A DNA stretch of 64,000 bases, from positions 464 through 64,463 of the forward strand of contig JBAWVE010000001.1 of the NCBI GenBank assembly GCA_037147435.1, in the 5' to 3' direction. Numbering within the stretch: the stretch's first letter is position 1; every line of letters begins with the position of its first letter. Position numbers and translations under genes: made by a program. Positions 9,135 to 19,418 of this stretch are shown here, piece by piece. The notes beneath the pieces were generated by a model that worked only from the letters and a program-made list of their open reading frames with translations, did not search any database and was not told the DNA's origin. The DNA comes from Parachlamydiaceae bacterium (GTDB lineage: Bacteria; Chlamydiota; Chlamydiia; Chlamydiales; Parachlamydiaceae).

Positions 9135-10637
9135 CTAATATTTGCGTCGTTGCTGCGCTGTGCCAATTTTCATGATCACCCGATATTTTGCAATGGTACG
9201 GCGTGCACATTTGATTCCACGATCCTTCATGTGAATGGCTAAGGCTTCATCGGAAAGAGGATGCCGCTTATCTTCACTTCCAATGATTTCCTTTAATATA
9301 TCGCGTACTGTCCTCGAAGACAGTTCACCTTCAAAATCGGTCGTGATGGCATTTGTAAAAAACGAGCGTAAAGGGAGTATACCTCGTGGAGTATCGATAT
9401 ATTTATTTGACACTGCGCGCGCTACCGTGGATTCATGGATATCCAATTCATCGGCGACTATTTTCATTGTCAATGGTGTCAATTTCCCTTGTGGGTCGAG
9501 AAAAAAAGAGCGTTGTCTTTTTGCCAAATTATCTGCAATTTTTTCGATGGTACTGTTTCTTTGCATAATATTGTGGATTAACCACCTAGCGGACAAAATC
9601 TTTTGGTGAATAAACTCTTTGGTCTCTTTAGGCAGAGTTTCATCATTCAACATGCGCAGGTAGCGGGTATTCAAACGCAATGAAGGAACGGATTCATCAT
9701 TGATCGTCACCACAAGATTGTCCCCTTCCTGCCGCAGAGTAACATCAGGGACGATGTAAGGGACCGTTTGATTGGACAACTGCGCTCCGGGATGTAAATC
9801 CAACTTGGCGATATCTCGATCGATGACTTTCCCTATTTGCTCAGCAGTGCAATGGAGCTTGTTACGAATTACTCCAATACGATTATGTAACAAATCATCA
9901 AAATAATTTTCGACGATATCGTAAGCCAAACTTTTGTCTTTCTTTTGGAAACGCAACTGGATAAGCAACGACTCCCTAAGATCGCGTGCACCAACTCCTA
10001 CGGGATGAAATGTTTGAATGGTCTTTAAAACTGTGTCCACCTCCTCAAGGGTAGCGTGGTGAACGAGCGCCAACTCTTGCAGCGGAGTCGTTAAAAATCC
10101 TCGCTCATCAATATGTCCAATCAAAAACTCTGCAAGTGTCCGTTCTTTGACACCGTGAAACGTCAGCTGTGCCTGCTCCATGAGATGCTCGAAAAGAGTC
10201 TCTTTAGTTGTGACCGATGCTTCTATAAACGCCTGAAACTCATTCTCCTCCGAAGATCTCTTAGTGATGGCCCCCCCGCTTTCTAAAAAATGATCTCTAA
10301 AATCTTCATCCAACCGCCGCAGTACTTCAAAATCGTTATCTTTAAAATCAAGTTGTGTTTCAGGAACAACCTCTTCATTTTCAGAGGATTCTTCAACATC
10401 TTCTCCCAGACGTTCCTGCTCGTCCTGATCCTGATCTATGTCACATTCCCCTTCCTCAGCATACTCCAAAACAGGATTCTGCTCCATCTCCAGATCAACC
10501 AAAGGGGTCAGCTCCATCACAGGAACCTGTAACAAATGAATCGCCTGCTGCATCTGACGTGACATGATCAACCGTTGCAGCTGCTTAATATTTTGACTGG
10601 GGCGCTGCTGTAGTTCTAAAGACATGGAATTAGGCAT
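9135..10637 (-). CDS. rpoN: RNA polymerase sigma-54 factor
   Basis: N-terminal Gln-rich region I (LELQQRPSQNIKQLQRLIMSRQMQQAIHLLQ), an acidic stretch, and a C-terminal RpoN box (ARRTIAKYR). The track ORF begins at a TTG (10661). The ATG at 10637 follows GGAGGA, and the ATG at 10625 is an alternative start. Confidence 0.9.
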   Translation of the reverse strand: MPNSMSLELQQRPSQNIKQLQRLIMSRQMQQAIHLLQVPVMELTPLVDLEMEQNPVLEYAEEGECDIDQDQDEQERLGEDVEESSENEEVVPETQLDFKDNDFEVLRRLDEDFRDHFLESGGAITKRSSEENEFQAFIEASVTTKETLFEHLMEQAQLTFHGVKERTLAEFLIGHIDERGFLTTPLQELALVHHATLEEVDTVLKTIQTFHPVGVGARDLRESLLIQLRFQKKDKSLAYDIVENYFDDLLHNRIGVIRNKLHCTAEQIGKVIDRDIAKLDLHPGAQLSNQTVPYIVPDVTLRQEGDNLVVTINDESVPSLRLNTRYLRMLNDETLPKETKEFIHQKILSARWLIHNIMQRNSTIEKIADNLAKRQRSFFLDPQGKLTPLTMKIVADELDIHESTVARAVSNKYIDTPRGILPLRSFFTNAITTDFEGELSSRTVRDILKEIIGSEDKRHPLSDEALAIHMKDRGIKCARRTIAKYRVIMKIGTAQQRRKY

Positions 10638-10714
10638 AGATCCTCCGTTCTGAAGCGACAAGCACTCTTTTATCTTGTAGACGATTCACTGGTGAGAGGA
10701 CAAGGGAAAAATCA

Positions 10715-11509
10715 TCAAAGTAAACTCTTTAACCAAGATCGTGCTTCATCTGCAGCTTCGGATTCTTCAAGTATCCAGGCCGGGCTATGACCTAAATTGG
10801 GGATTTCCAGGTAAGTTGCAGAATATCCTTTTTCAATCAGCTTCTCATAAGCCTCTTTAGAGCATTGTTTGGCCGGATCATCCCCTCCAACAGTAATAAG
10901 TACTTTATTATCTTTAATTCTCTTTATTCTTTCATTCGTATTTCCCAACACGGTTTGACAACATCCATCAAAATGTGCGTGAGCAAAATAAGCAGACCAC
11001 TTTGAACTAATTATGCTATTATAATTTCCAATATAGATTGTTGAAACAGCTCCTCGGGAAAAACCAGCTAATACCACTTTGCCCCGATCCACACGAAATT
11101 TCATATTTAAATCAGCCAATACCGCAAGCCAAAAATTAACTGTCGATAAGGGATTTTCACCCCAATATTTCTCTAGAATCAATCCATTGTCATCAACAAA
11201 TGGGACAGAAACCCAGATATAATCCATTCCACGAGTCAGGCCATATCCTAAACATGCCCCTTCCGGCAATCCACATAGACTTTCTTCGAAAAAATTTCCG
11301 GGAGACTCAAAAATGAGCGGTAACATCGATGTACCTGTAAAATTGTACGGCAAAAATAAGACATAATAAGCACCAGGATAACGTGAAAGATAAACCCTAA
11401 CCCGCTTGCCTGCCTCAGGCAGTCCCTCTTCTACTGCAGGCACAGCAAGTGCCCCTATATCTACATGAGAGGCAAGAGAAAAACAAAGCATCACTGCAAT
11501 ATAAAACAT
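10715..11509 (-). CDS. Secreted alpha/beta-hydrolase (esterase/depolymerase-like)
   Basis: GxSxG nucleophile elbow in VVLAGFSRGAV. N-terminal signal-like peptide MFYIAVMLCFSLASHV. The ATG at 11509 follows AGAGGA, whereas the track start at 11548 is GTG. Confidence 0.6.
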   Translation of the reverse strand: MFYIAVMLCFSLASHVDIGALAVPAVEEGLPEAGKRVRVYLSRYPGAYYVLFLPYNFTGTSMLPLIFESPGNFFEESLCGLPEGACLGYGLTRGMDYIWVSVPFVDDNGLILEKYWGENPLSTVNFWLAVLADLNMKFRVDRGKVVLAGFSRGAVSTIYIGNYNSIISSKWSAYFAHAHFDGCCQTVLGNTNERIKRIKDNKVLITVGGDDPAKQCSKEAYEKLIEKGYSATYLEIPNLGHSPAWILEESEAADEARSWLKSLL

Positions 11510-11703
11510 CAAATATCCTCTGCTAAGGCTGAGATCACCTAGCCACACTTTAAGGAATCGTAAAAAAATAACCTATATAATTCCCGTTGTTTTGTATTTA
11601 GCACAGAGGACATGATTGCGGGGAGATTGACTTCAAATATTCCAAAAGGTAACGTAGGTTCGTATTGTTGTCAAAAACCCTTTAGTTAAGGAGATTCATA
11701 CCT

Positions 11704-12138
11704 ATGATCCATGTTAAACACCACGAGGCTGTCACTCATATCATGACAAAGAATCCGAAAACGATTCATCTTAAAACCCCTATTTCCGAAGTGGGAAAAA
11801 TTTTTAGCGAAGGTAAATTCCATCATCTCCCTGTAGTCAATGGAAAGGAGCTGATAGGAATGGTCAGTTACTTTGATCTGATTCGAGTCAGCTTTGAGCA
11901 GTCATTTGGAGTCACAGACAAGACATCGGTTTATGCAGTGCTTGATCACATCTTAGACATTGCTTCAATCATGACGAAGGGCCCTTTGTGTATTCAAGAG
12001 AAGGGTACCATTCATGAGGCTGCAGAAAAGCTATCCACAGGGAAATTTCACTCACTGCCAGTTATCAATGAAGATCACGAGCTTGTGGGGATTATCACAT
12101 CAAAAGATTTGATCGACTATTTGGTAAAACTGTATTAA
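11704..12138 (+). CDS. CBS-domain pair protein
   Basis: Two CBS-like repeats (HHLPVVNGKELIGMVSYFDLI and HSLPVINEDHELVGIITSKDLI). AAGGAG Shine-Dalgarno upstream. Confidence 0.8.
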   Translation: MIHVKHHEAVTHIMTKNPKTIHLKTPISEVGKIFSEGKFHHLPVVNGKELIGMVSYFDLIRVSFEQSFGVTDKTSVYAVLDHILDIASIMTKGPLCIQEKGTIHEAAEKLSTGKFHSLPVINEDHELVGIITSKDLIDYLVKLY

Positions 12139-12212
12139 AAATCAACATCATCTTATGGATGACAACGAGTCACCCATAAGATTTTATCAGGCTATGCTAA
12201 GGAGAAGAAACT

Positions 12213-12698
12213 ATGTTTAAATTTATCATCGCCATACTTGGCGTTCTAACAATCACAGCTACCCCCCTCTTTTCTGAGATTTCTTTAGGAGAAAAACTCG
12301 AGACTCAAATGTGGGAAGATATGAAGCATCGGAACTTCACAGCCGTTGAAGCGAATATTGCGAAGCACTTCCAATCGATTCACACTTTTGGTACGTTAAC
12401 TCGCGAGGCAGAGATAGAGTTGATTAAAGACTTGTATCTTGGGACTTATGAAATTAGCAAAGTGAAAGTAACAGAAAATGAAGATACCATTGTTGTCACC
12501 TATTTTATCAAAGTCAAAGAAAAAATCGAAAATCAGCAACTTTCGGATAAGCCAGCTCCACGCCTTAGTGTTTGGAAAAAAATCGATGGCAAGTGGCAGT
12601 GGATCGCGCATGCAAATCTCAAAGAAATCCCAACCGAAAAACCAAAGACAACCATTCCTGCAACTAAGACAAGTGCGGCAGTCCCCAAAGCATCGTAA
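12213..12698 (+). CDS. Secreted NTF2-like (DUF4440/SnoaL-like) protein
   Basis: Signal-like N-terminus MFKFIIAILGVLTITATPLFS. The pattern ...RLSVWKKIDGKWQWIAHANL is typical of DUF4440-type folds. AAGGAG Shine-Dalgarno upstream. Confidence 0.5.
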   Translation: MFKFIIAILGVLTITATPLFSEISLGEKLETQMWEDMKHRNFTAVEANIAKHFQSIHTFGTLTREAEIELIKDLYLGTYEISKVKVTENEDTIVVTYFIKVKEKIENQQLSDKPAPRLSVWKKIDGKWQWIAHANLKEIPTEKPKTTIPATKTSAAVPKAS

Positions 12699-12740
12699 AT
12701 TGGAGTGTAAAGGCACCTCGAACACTTTCATGTGCGAAGC

Positions 12741-12939
12741 ATTTGGAGTGCGGGGACTTGTCACCGCTTTGGATTACATCGACTTGTCGATGTCCTAGTT
12801 GATGCGACAACCTTTGCTACAATTAATGAGAACATGCTAATTTTTTAGCCACATTCAGTATAGCTTAGGTAATTTCTTGACAGAAGACATCGACAAGTCG
12901 ATGTAATTCAAAGCGGAGACAAGTCCCCGCACTCCAAAT
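12741..12939. repeat. Large near-perfect inverted repeat (two 54-bp arms, 52/54 complementary) around a 91-bp spacer; MITE-like element or long hairpin
   Basis: The left arm 12741-12794 (atttggagtgcggggacttgtcaccgctttggattacatcgacttgtcgatgtc) is the reverse complement of the right arm 12886-12939 apart from 2 mismatches. Each arm holds a sub-palindrome catcgacttgtcgatg. Confidence 0.85.
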
Positions 12940-13088
12940 TTTAGCCCAACTCCTGAGTAATGGTAGTGTGTCCTTAAGTTGACACCATTACGTGAACATG
13001 TCCTTTTTAGCTTCCTCATGTTTTATGTTTAATTAAATATACAGTGCAATGTATAATTTAAAATACACACAAACAACAAATAAGAATT

Positions 13089-13649
13089 ATGATTCCACCG
13101 ATAGAAGGTCGTTTTACAATACTCCCAATTCCCCGAGAAGAGTATCCTGCCTATGCCGGACTTATGCAACAATGGAAGGACGACGCCACTCTCTTTGATA
13201 CAAAAGTCGTCTGCGAACATATGGAAAATGCCATCACAAGGGCCAAACCATCTGTTTTTACTCAGGCTATTGTATGCAAAGACGAAAATCAAATAGTTCG
13301 TTCCATTGCCCTGATAAAATTCGATGAGTTTTATTCAAAAGACCCCCAAAAAAAGAAAAACTATTTAAAGCTGTCATACATCGCAACCTCTCCACAATTT
13401 ACGAAACAGGGAACCGGCAGACTTCTTATGAACTACCTGATGGAATTGGGCCTGAGAGAAAAAGTGGATGGAATTTATTTAAACAGCATCGAATCTGCAA
13501 AAGATTTTTATGAAAAAAAGATGTTATTTAAACCCATTACCACTCGACTTTCCCCATATGATGAAAAAGATGATGGCCCATTTCCCATGCTTTTATCTGC
13601 ACAAAAAATGGACGAATTAATCAAAAGAAATCATAAAAATTGTATTTAG
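13089..13649 (+). CDS. GNAT-family N-acetyltransferase
   Basis: Acetyl-CoA binding motif region SPQFTKQGTGRLLMNYLMELG within a 186-aa ORF. Confidence 0.65.
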   Translation: MIPPIEGRFTILPIPREEYPAYAGLMQQWKDDATLFDTKVVCEHMENAITRAKPSVFTQAIVCKDENQIVRSIALIKFDEFYSKDPQKKKNYLKLSYIATSPQFTKQGTGRLLMNYLMELGLREKVDGIYLNSIESAKDFYEKKMLFKPITTRLSPYDEKDDGPFPMLLSAQKMDELIKRNHKNCI

Positions 13650-13734
13650 CCAATTGATCTACAGCCTATAAAAAATAAGTCTTGTGTTGAACTACCGTTT
13701 CCAGCTACAAATAATTTTTTTGGGGAGGACTTTT

Positions 13735-14958
13735 ATGGTTTGCACACTCGTCTCACTGATTTTTGCTGCTTTGTTGTGGCTGGGGTCGTACCACTATGAT
13801 GCTGAAGTGGGCGGCATTGTCATCAAGACGCTGATGATCACTTCTTCATTTTTCTTTCTATTCTTCATCCCTCTTGGAATGATGTTTGCGTGGCTTCCCT
13901 TGCAGAAAGCCGAGCAAAATCAGACTCCACGCATTTTGGAGATGTTCCGCAAAGATGGAAAAATCCGTTTGGAAAGTATCTGGCTATCTGTTTTTGCCTT
14001 AACTTCACTGATTTCAGTAACAGACCCCTTCTATGGATATGTCACGAATTTCCATTGGTTTTTTCCTCTCTGGATTATCCTCTTTGGCAGTGCCATCGAC
14101 TGCCTTCACCATTTTGTCCTGCGTGTTTTAAATTATTTGAATCCCTTTTCAGTGATCACTATGTTCTCAGCGCAGGCTGAAAAGTGCATCCAAAATGACA
14201 AAGAGCTCGATTTTTGCGGATGGATCGACTCGTTGTCTGAGGTCGCAATCAAAGGGATCCAACGTCACAGCACGTCTGTGGCTAATCTTGTCCTTGATGA
14301 AGAGCAAAAGCTTGCCCGTCTTTTCTTAGGGGCCTCTAAAAGCATTGCGCATGAGACACAAGATGCACAAACAAAAGCTGCAGGGATCGTTGATAAAGTC
14401 AGCTTCACGATGTTTTATTTGTACCAAAGACTCGATATTGTCTTTGAAAAAGCCTTGAAAGCCAAACTAGAGCCTACCTGCAGCCTGGTTGTGACATCTC
14501 TTGGTAAAATTTCTGTCGCCGCAGCACAATACGATATGTCTCTGGCCAGCGCTCCTATTCGTTTTTTGGGAAAATGCGCTAAAAAAGCACAAGATGAAGG
14601 GCTTGAAGAAACAGCACTCACTGCCTCATGCGTCTTTTCTGAAATCGCTAAAGAGATTTTAACGCAAGTTGACATCACTTATTATGAGATCAAAGACCCC
14701 TTCCTCAGCATCATCAATGGCATGGAGGTGTTGGCAAAAGAATCGTTCCGTCGAAATAAGGATATGAATATAGGCCTGCTTGCACAACCTTTCAAACAGC
14801 TGCGCGAGCTCTTCAAGGGAGATAAAGTCAAAAATCACCAAGATACCCCCATCATTGTGCAGAATATCGATCGAGTCCTTGGCGAGTTCGAGGCATTGCT
14901 TATTGTCATGAACACTATTCCCACAATTCCTAAAGTCAATGACACAATAGGAAAATAA
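13735..14958 (+). CDS. Hypothetical integral membrane protein
   Basis: Several N-terminal hydrophobic helices (LVSLIFAALLWLG, SSFFFLFFIPLGMMFAWL, FFPLWIILFGSAI) followed by a soluble C-terminal part. The ATG at 13735 follows GGGGAGGA, whereas the track start at 13684 is GTG. Confidence 0.6.
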   Translation: MVCTLVSLIFAALLWLGSYHYDAEVGGIVIKTLMITSSFFFLFFIPLGMMFAWLPLQKAEQNQTPRILEMFRKDGKIRLESIWLSVFALTSLISVTDPFYGYVTNFHWFFPLWIILFGSAIDCLHHFVLRVLNYLNPFSVITMFSAQAEKCIQNDKELDFCGWIDSLSEVAIKGIQRHSTSVANLVLDEEQKLARLFLGASKSIAHETQDAQTKAAGIVDKVSFTMFYLYQRLDIVFEKALKAKLEPTCSLVVTSLGKISVAAAQYDMSLASAPIRFLGKCAKKAQDEGLEETALTASCVFSEIAKEILTQVDITYYEIKDPFLSIINGMEVLAKESFRRNKDMNIGLLAQPFKQLRELFKGDKVKNHQDTPIIVQNIDRVLGEFEALLIVMNTIPTIPKVNDTIGK

Positions 14959-15017
14959 GGCTACTTGACAAATCTCTATTTCCCGATTATTCTCTTCTGT
15001 GAGATAGGAGGATTCCC

Positions 15018-17612
15018 ATGAGCCAAAATTTTACCGATAGCGTCTCCGAAGCACTGCAACTTGCTTTTGCAGATGCACAGGAGAGAAAAAACACCGAAGT
15101 AACGGATAATCACTTACTATTAGCATTCCTCAAAGAGCCCGAAGGCTACTTTACCTCGATTCTAACAAGCCTTAATACAGAACCCTCCTCCCTAATTCAG
15201 AAACTGCAGCAAGATTTGGACCGTCTGCCAACTTATTCCGGTCAACCGCAACCCGCAACTCCCTCTCGTAATCTGCAAGGCCGCATTACCGAGGCTCAAA
15301 GCATCGCACAAAAATGGAACGATTCCTACACCAGCAGTGACCACTTCCTCGTCTCCTACTGGAAGAATGCCAATTCCCCTTTTACCGAGTGGAAGCAGGC
15401 GACTGGAATTACCCTGAAACAACTCGAAGATACCATCAAACAAATCCGCGGAGACAGACATATGGATTCCCCAAGCGCTGAATCAAGCCTGAAAACCTTG
15501 GATAAATACTGCAAAAATCTGACGGCTCTTGCAAAACAGGGGAAACTTGACCCTGTCATCGGCCGCGATGAGGAAATCAGACGCACAATGCAAGTCCTCA
15601 GCCGGCGTACAAAAAACAATCCAATGCTCATCGGCGATCCTGGTGTGGGCAAAACAGCGATTGCCGAAGGGCTTGCACAGCGGATCATCCAAAATGATGT
15701 TCCTGACTCCCTGAAAAACAAGCAGTTGCTTGCTCTCGATATGGGAAGTCTTGTTGCCGGTACAAAGTACCGCGGAGAATTCGAGGAGCGCCTGAAAGGG
15801 ATCCTACAAGATATCGATAAGAGCGAGGGGCAAGTAATTTTGTTCATCGATGAGGTTCATACACTGATTGGCGCAGGGGCCTCCGAAGGCGCCATGGATG
15901 CTGCGAATTTGTTAAAACCTGCTCTTGCACGCGGGACTCTTCATTGCATTGGCGCAACCACTTTGAATGAGTACCAAAAGCATATTGAAAAGGATGCTGC
16001 ATTGGAAAGGCGTTTCCAACCTGTTATGGTGAATGAGCCCTCTTTGGAAGACTCTATCGCCATCCTTAGAGGACTGCGTGAACGGTATGAAATTTTCCAC
16101 GGAGTCCATATTACCGAATCTGCAATCCATGCTGCCGTTTATCTGTCGTATCGCTATATCACAGACAGACGCCTCCCGGACAAAGCCATTGACCTCATTG
16201 ATGAGGCTGCCAGCTTAATACGGATGCAGTTAGGCAGCCGTCCATTACCTATCGACAACAAAGAAAGAGAGTTGGCCAGCCTAATCGTCGAGACTGAAGC
16301 ACTAAAAAGAGAAGATACTTTGGCATCAAAAGCTGAAGCCAAAAAAATCGAAGGAAAAGTCGCTCAACTCAAAGAGGAACTTTCCGTCTTACGCCATCAG
16401 TGGGATCAAGAAAAACAGCTCATTCAGTCCCTGAAAGATAAAAAAAATGCCCTCGAGCAGATGCGCTTCCAGGAAGAAGAGGCAGAAAGGAAATCCGATT
16501 ACAATAAGGTCGCAGAATTACGCTATCAGAAGCTCCCTGAACTGCAAAAAGAGATAGAGTCCGAACAGAAGAAACTCGATGAGAAGCCTAATCGCTTGCT
16601 TCAAGAGGAAGTGGATGAAAATCTGGTCGCCGGCGTTGTGTCGAAATGGACCGGCATCCCTGTTAATAAAATGCTTGAAGGTGAGGCGCAACGTCTGCTC
16701 CTTCTTGAAAAAGAACTCGAAAAACGTGTGGTCGGCCAAGACATCGCTGTTACAGCGGTCTGTGAAGCCATCCGCCGCTCCCGTTCCGGCCTTGGCGACC
16801 CAGGAAGGCCTATGGGAGCGTTCCTGTTCATGGGCCCTACTGGTGTTGGAAAAACAGAGTTGGCTAAAGCTTTGGCCGAACAGTTGTTCAATCAGGAAGA
16901 CGCGCTGGTCCGCCTGGACATGTCCGAATACATGGAAAAACATAGTGTTTCAAAGCTTATTGGTTCACCTCCAGGCTATGTAGGCTATGATGAAGGCGGC
17001 CAACTCACAGAGGCCCTTCGCCGTCACCCTTATGCCGTTGTCCTGTTCGACGAAATTGAAAAAGCGCATCACGACGTCTTTAATATCCTGCTGCAAATTT
17101 TCGACGATGGTCGAATCACCGATAGCAAGGGGCGTGTTGTCAACTGCAAGAACTCCCTATTTATTATGACGTCCAATCTGGGTTCTGACCAATTGCTCGC
17201 CAAAATGGAACATTCTCACGCAGCTTTATCGAAAGATACGTTGATGGCTATCCTCGAACCAATTATCAAAGCGCACTTTAGACCGGAATTCATCAACCGC
17301 CTGGATGACATCCTCCCATTCCTTCCTTTACGTAGAGAAGATATGCAGAAAATCGTCCTGATACAGCTTGACCTGCTGGTCAAACGCTTACTCACAAGAC
17401 AAGTCACACTTAAATGGACTAAAAGTGTCGTCGAACGCCTTGCTGAAGATGGCTACGACCCATTCTTTGGCGCCCGGCCATTAAAAAGACTTATCCAGCA
17501 AGACATCGTCAACATGCTGTCTAAAGGGATCCTCGAGGGGAAAATTCCCGGAGAATGTACCGTGGAATTGAAATACGATAAAGATGCTTTCTCCTACCAG
17601 GTAAAGAAATAA
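15018..17612 (+). CDS. clpB: ATP-dependent chaperone ClpB (Hsp100 disaggregase)
   Basis: 864 aa. Two AAA+ modules with Walker A motifs GDPGVGKT and GPTGVGKT, a long middle coiled coil, and Clp N-domain repeats. Confidence 0.95.
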   Translation: MSQNFTDSVSEALQLAFADAQERKNTEVTDNHLLLAFLKEPEGYFTSILTSLNTEPSSLIQKLQQDLDRLPTYSGQPQPATPSRNLQGRITEAQSIAQKWNDSYTSSDHFLVSYWKNANSPFTEWKQATGITLKQLEDTIKQIRGDRHMDSPSAESSLKTLDKYCKNLTALAKQGKLDPVIGRDEEIRRTMQVLSRRTKNNPMLIGDPGVGKTAIAEGLAQRIIQNDVPDSLKNKQLLALDMGSLVAGTKYRGEFEERLKGILQDIDKSEGQVILFIDEVHTLIGAGASEGAMDAANLLKPALARGTLHCIGATTLNEYQKHIEKDAALERRFQPVMVNEPSLEDSIAILRGLRERYEIFHGVHITESAIHAAVYLSYRYITDRRLPDKAIDLIDEAASLIRMQLGSRPLPIDNKERELASLIVETEALKREDTLASKAEAKKIEGKVAQLKEELSVLRHQWDQEKQLIQSLKDKKNALEQMRFQEEEAERKSDYNKVAELRYQKLPELQKEIESEQKKLDEKPNRLLQEEVDENLVAGVVSKWTGIPVNKMLEGEAQRLLLLEKELEKRVVGQDIAVTAVCEAIRRSRSGLGDPGRPMGAFLFMGPTGVGKTELAKALAEQLFNQEDALVRLDMSEYMEKHSVSKLIGSPPGYVGYDEGGQLTEALRRHPYAVVLFDEIEKAHHDVFNILLQIFDDGRITDSKGRVVNCKNSLFIMTSNLGSDQLLAKMEHSHAALSKDTLMAILEPIIKAHFRPEFINRLDDILPFLPLRREDMQKIVLIQLDLLVKRLLTRQVTLKWTKSVVERLAEDGYDPFFGARPLKRLIQQDIVNMLSKGILEGKIPGECTVELKYDKDAFSYQVKK

Positions 17613-17618
17613 TTGATA

Positions 17619-17644
17619 ATCCTAGAAACCGCCGTTTCTAGGAT
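17619..17644. terminator. Bidirectional stem-loop terminator between convergent clpB and the sthA-like gene
   Basis: Perfect 11-bp stem atcctagaaac / gtttctaggat with loop cgcc, immediately after the clpB stop and overlapping the stop of the minus-strand gene. Confidence 0.6.
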
Positions 17645-19050
17645 CATTGTTCCATCCGCTTATCTTTAATTTTGTTGATTCCGTTCAATGCGGCAACGCG
17701 ATACCCTTCCGCAAAGGTGGGATAGTTGAATACCTGGTCGATAAAATAATTGATCTTAGCACGAAAGCTGATGGCCATCTGCCCGATGTGGATCACCTCT
17801 GTCGCATTGCGTCCAATGACATGAACGCCCAAAATTTCTAAAGTTTCTGCGTGAAATAGAATCTTGAACATCCCCACATTACTTCCGACGATATGACTTC
17901 GGGCAATTTCGTAGTAATATGCCCTACCCACTTCGTAGTGAAATCCCAGAGATTGTAGTTCTTCCTCAGTAAATCCACAGCAGGAAATCTCTGGAATTGT
18001 ATAAATTCCAATAGGGTATAAAGAAGGGAAACGGTGCATTTTGGCCCCGCAGGCTTGAAGTGCTGCCAACCGCCCCTGCTCCATACTCGTCGATGCCAAA
18101 CATGGGCCGCCAATCACATCTCCAGCTGCATAAATGTGCGGAACAACGGTCTGAAAGAGTGTATTCACCGGGATATATCCTTTTTCATCTACTTGCACCC
18201 CAGTGTTTTCTAGTTGGAGTGAATCGACATTGGCCGTCCGTCCAAGGGCGTAAAGAAGGGCGTCTGCCTCGACGCTGGTTCCGTCTTTAAACCGGACATA
18301 AGCGCGATTTTCCTTACGCAGGATCTCTTCGGGCTCTTTCCTTCCCATAAATCGCAGGCCAATATCTGTTAGGGCCGTCTGCAAATGGATGCCGATCTCA
18401 GCGTCGAGCATGGGAAGAATATGGTCCTTCTTATCAATAATAGTCACTTCTGTCCCCAGTGCAGCAAAAAAGCTGGCATACTCGGAACCAATGATGCCTC
18501 CACCAAGAACAATCAGGCTCTTGGGAACCTTATGAATCCCAAGAAGGCTTGTAGAATCTAAAATCACATCTTTGTCAAAGGGCACATTACTCGGATTACG
18601 GGGCTTTGATCCTGTGGCCACCAAAAAACACGAACTGCGTATCTGATACAACAGTCGGTAGTCAGCATCAACTAAAATCAGCGTGTGTGCATTTTCAAAA
18701 CGAGCAGTCCCTATCAATAAACGGATGTTATTTTTCTTGAATTGCCTATACACCATGTTCTTTTCTTCATCGACAACCTTATTAAGGCGGCTGCTGAGCT
18801 CAGTGATCGTGACGTCGCCAAGCTGATAGGAAAAATCATGAAAACTACGTTCGTTAAATCGGGTGAGATCAATAATCGCTTCCCTAAGGGTTTTAGAAGG
18901 AATTGTCCCGGAAAAAAGGCAGTTGCCTCCAGGCTCGGCTGCACGCTCTACAACAACAACTTTTTTCCCAAGCTTAGCCGCCTGAATTGCCGCCTTCTGC
19001 CCCGCCGGCCCCGACCCAATCACTACCACATCTACACTGATCTCTTCCAT
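17644..19050 (-). CDS. sthA: Soluble pyridine nucleotide transhydrogenase-like flavoprotein (SthA/UdhA type)
   Basis: FAD motif VVVIGSGPAGQKAA. GGNCLFSGTIPSK has a single Cys, as in SthA, rather than the CxxxxC of Lpd. The C-terminus GIYTIPEISCCG...FNYPTFAEGYRVAALNG closely resembles E. coli SthA. The ATG at 19050 follows GGTGGAGAAG. Confidence 0.75.
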   Translation of the reverse strand: MEEISVDVVVIGSGPAGQKAAIQAAKLGKKVVVVERAAEPGGNCLFSGTIPSKTLREAIIDLTRFNERSFHDFSYQLGDVTITELSSRLNKVVDEEKNMVYRQFKKNNIRLLIGTARFENAHTLILVDADYRLLYQIRSSCFLVATGSKPRNPSNVPFDKDVILDSTSLLGIHKVPKSLIVLGGGIIGSEYASFFAALGTEVTIIDKKDHILPMLDAEIGIHLQTALTDIGLRFMGRKEPEEILRKENRAYVRFKDGTSVEADALLYALGRTANVDSLQLENTGVQVDEKGYIPVNTLFQTVVPHIYAAGDVIGGPCLASTSMEQGRLAALQACGAKMHRFPSLYPIGIYTIPEISCCGFTEEELQSLGFHYEVGRAYYYEIARSHIVGSNVGMFKILFHAETLEILGVHVIGRNATEVIHIGQMAISFRAKINYFIDQVFNYPTFAEGYRVAALNGINKIKDKRMEQ

Positions 19051-19224
19051 GAACTTCTCCACCCTTTTCTCAGCCCTAAAGCAGTGTATACCAGAGTTGC
19101 ACCGATCACCGCAAGGTGAAGCTCGCAAAAAGAGAGGCCTTCCGAATTAATTTGAAATAAACTAGTGTATAATTGCATAAATAACGGTTGTTTCACGGGT
19201 GCAATTCAAAGGTTTCGGTAATTG

Positions 19225-19370
19225 GTGGCCCGCACCCCACTTCGGAGGTGGTCTATTGGCACATTTGTGTTTACCCACGAAGTGGGTTACGGAATGTAGC
19301 CCAGGGCAAGCTTGCGCAGCCCTGGGTGATTTTTGTTAATAATGCCCCCCCGAAGCGGGGTGCGGGCACG
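19225..19370 (-). ncRNA. Candidate structured RNA (class unknown) or small TIR-bounded element in the sthA-upstream intergenic region
   Basis: A long-range 21-position helix (19228-19248 with 19347-19367) encloses two hairpins (19273-19287 and 19300-19326). The two A.C mismatches on the plus strand become G.U wobbles on the minus strand. The inner loop reads GCAA (GNRA) on the minus strand. Confidence 0.3.
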
Positions 19371-19418
19371 TTTACCGACACCCCTGAACCACACCCTATT
19401 TCACAACATCAAGGGATT

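Noticed and set aside
15192-17407. Antisense and off-frame ORFs within clpB (for example 15356-15847, 16518-16943, 16579-16983)
   Set aside because: clpB is unambiguous. These are typical shadow frames in a GC-balanced gene.
19256-19272. Possible sigma-54 promoter (TTGGCAC...) given rpoN in the window
   Set aside because: The TGGCAC is present, but the -12 element at the required spacing reads TGTT rather than TTGC, so there is no GC dinucleotide 12 nt after the GG.
19188-19418. N-terminal 77-codon extension of ORF 19188-19868
   Set aside because: It uses a non-ATG start (ttg at 19188) and its translation is implausible (MFHGCNSKVSVIGGPHPTSEV...). The region is dominated by long-range base pairing, and a good ATG plus Shine-Dalgarno sequence exists at 19419.
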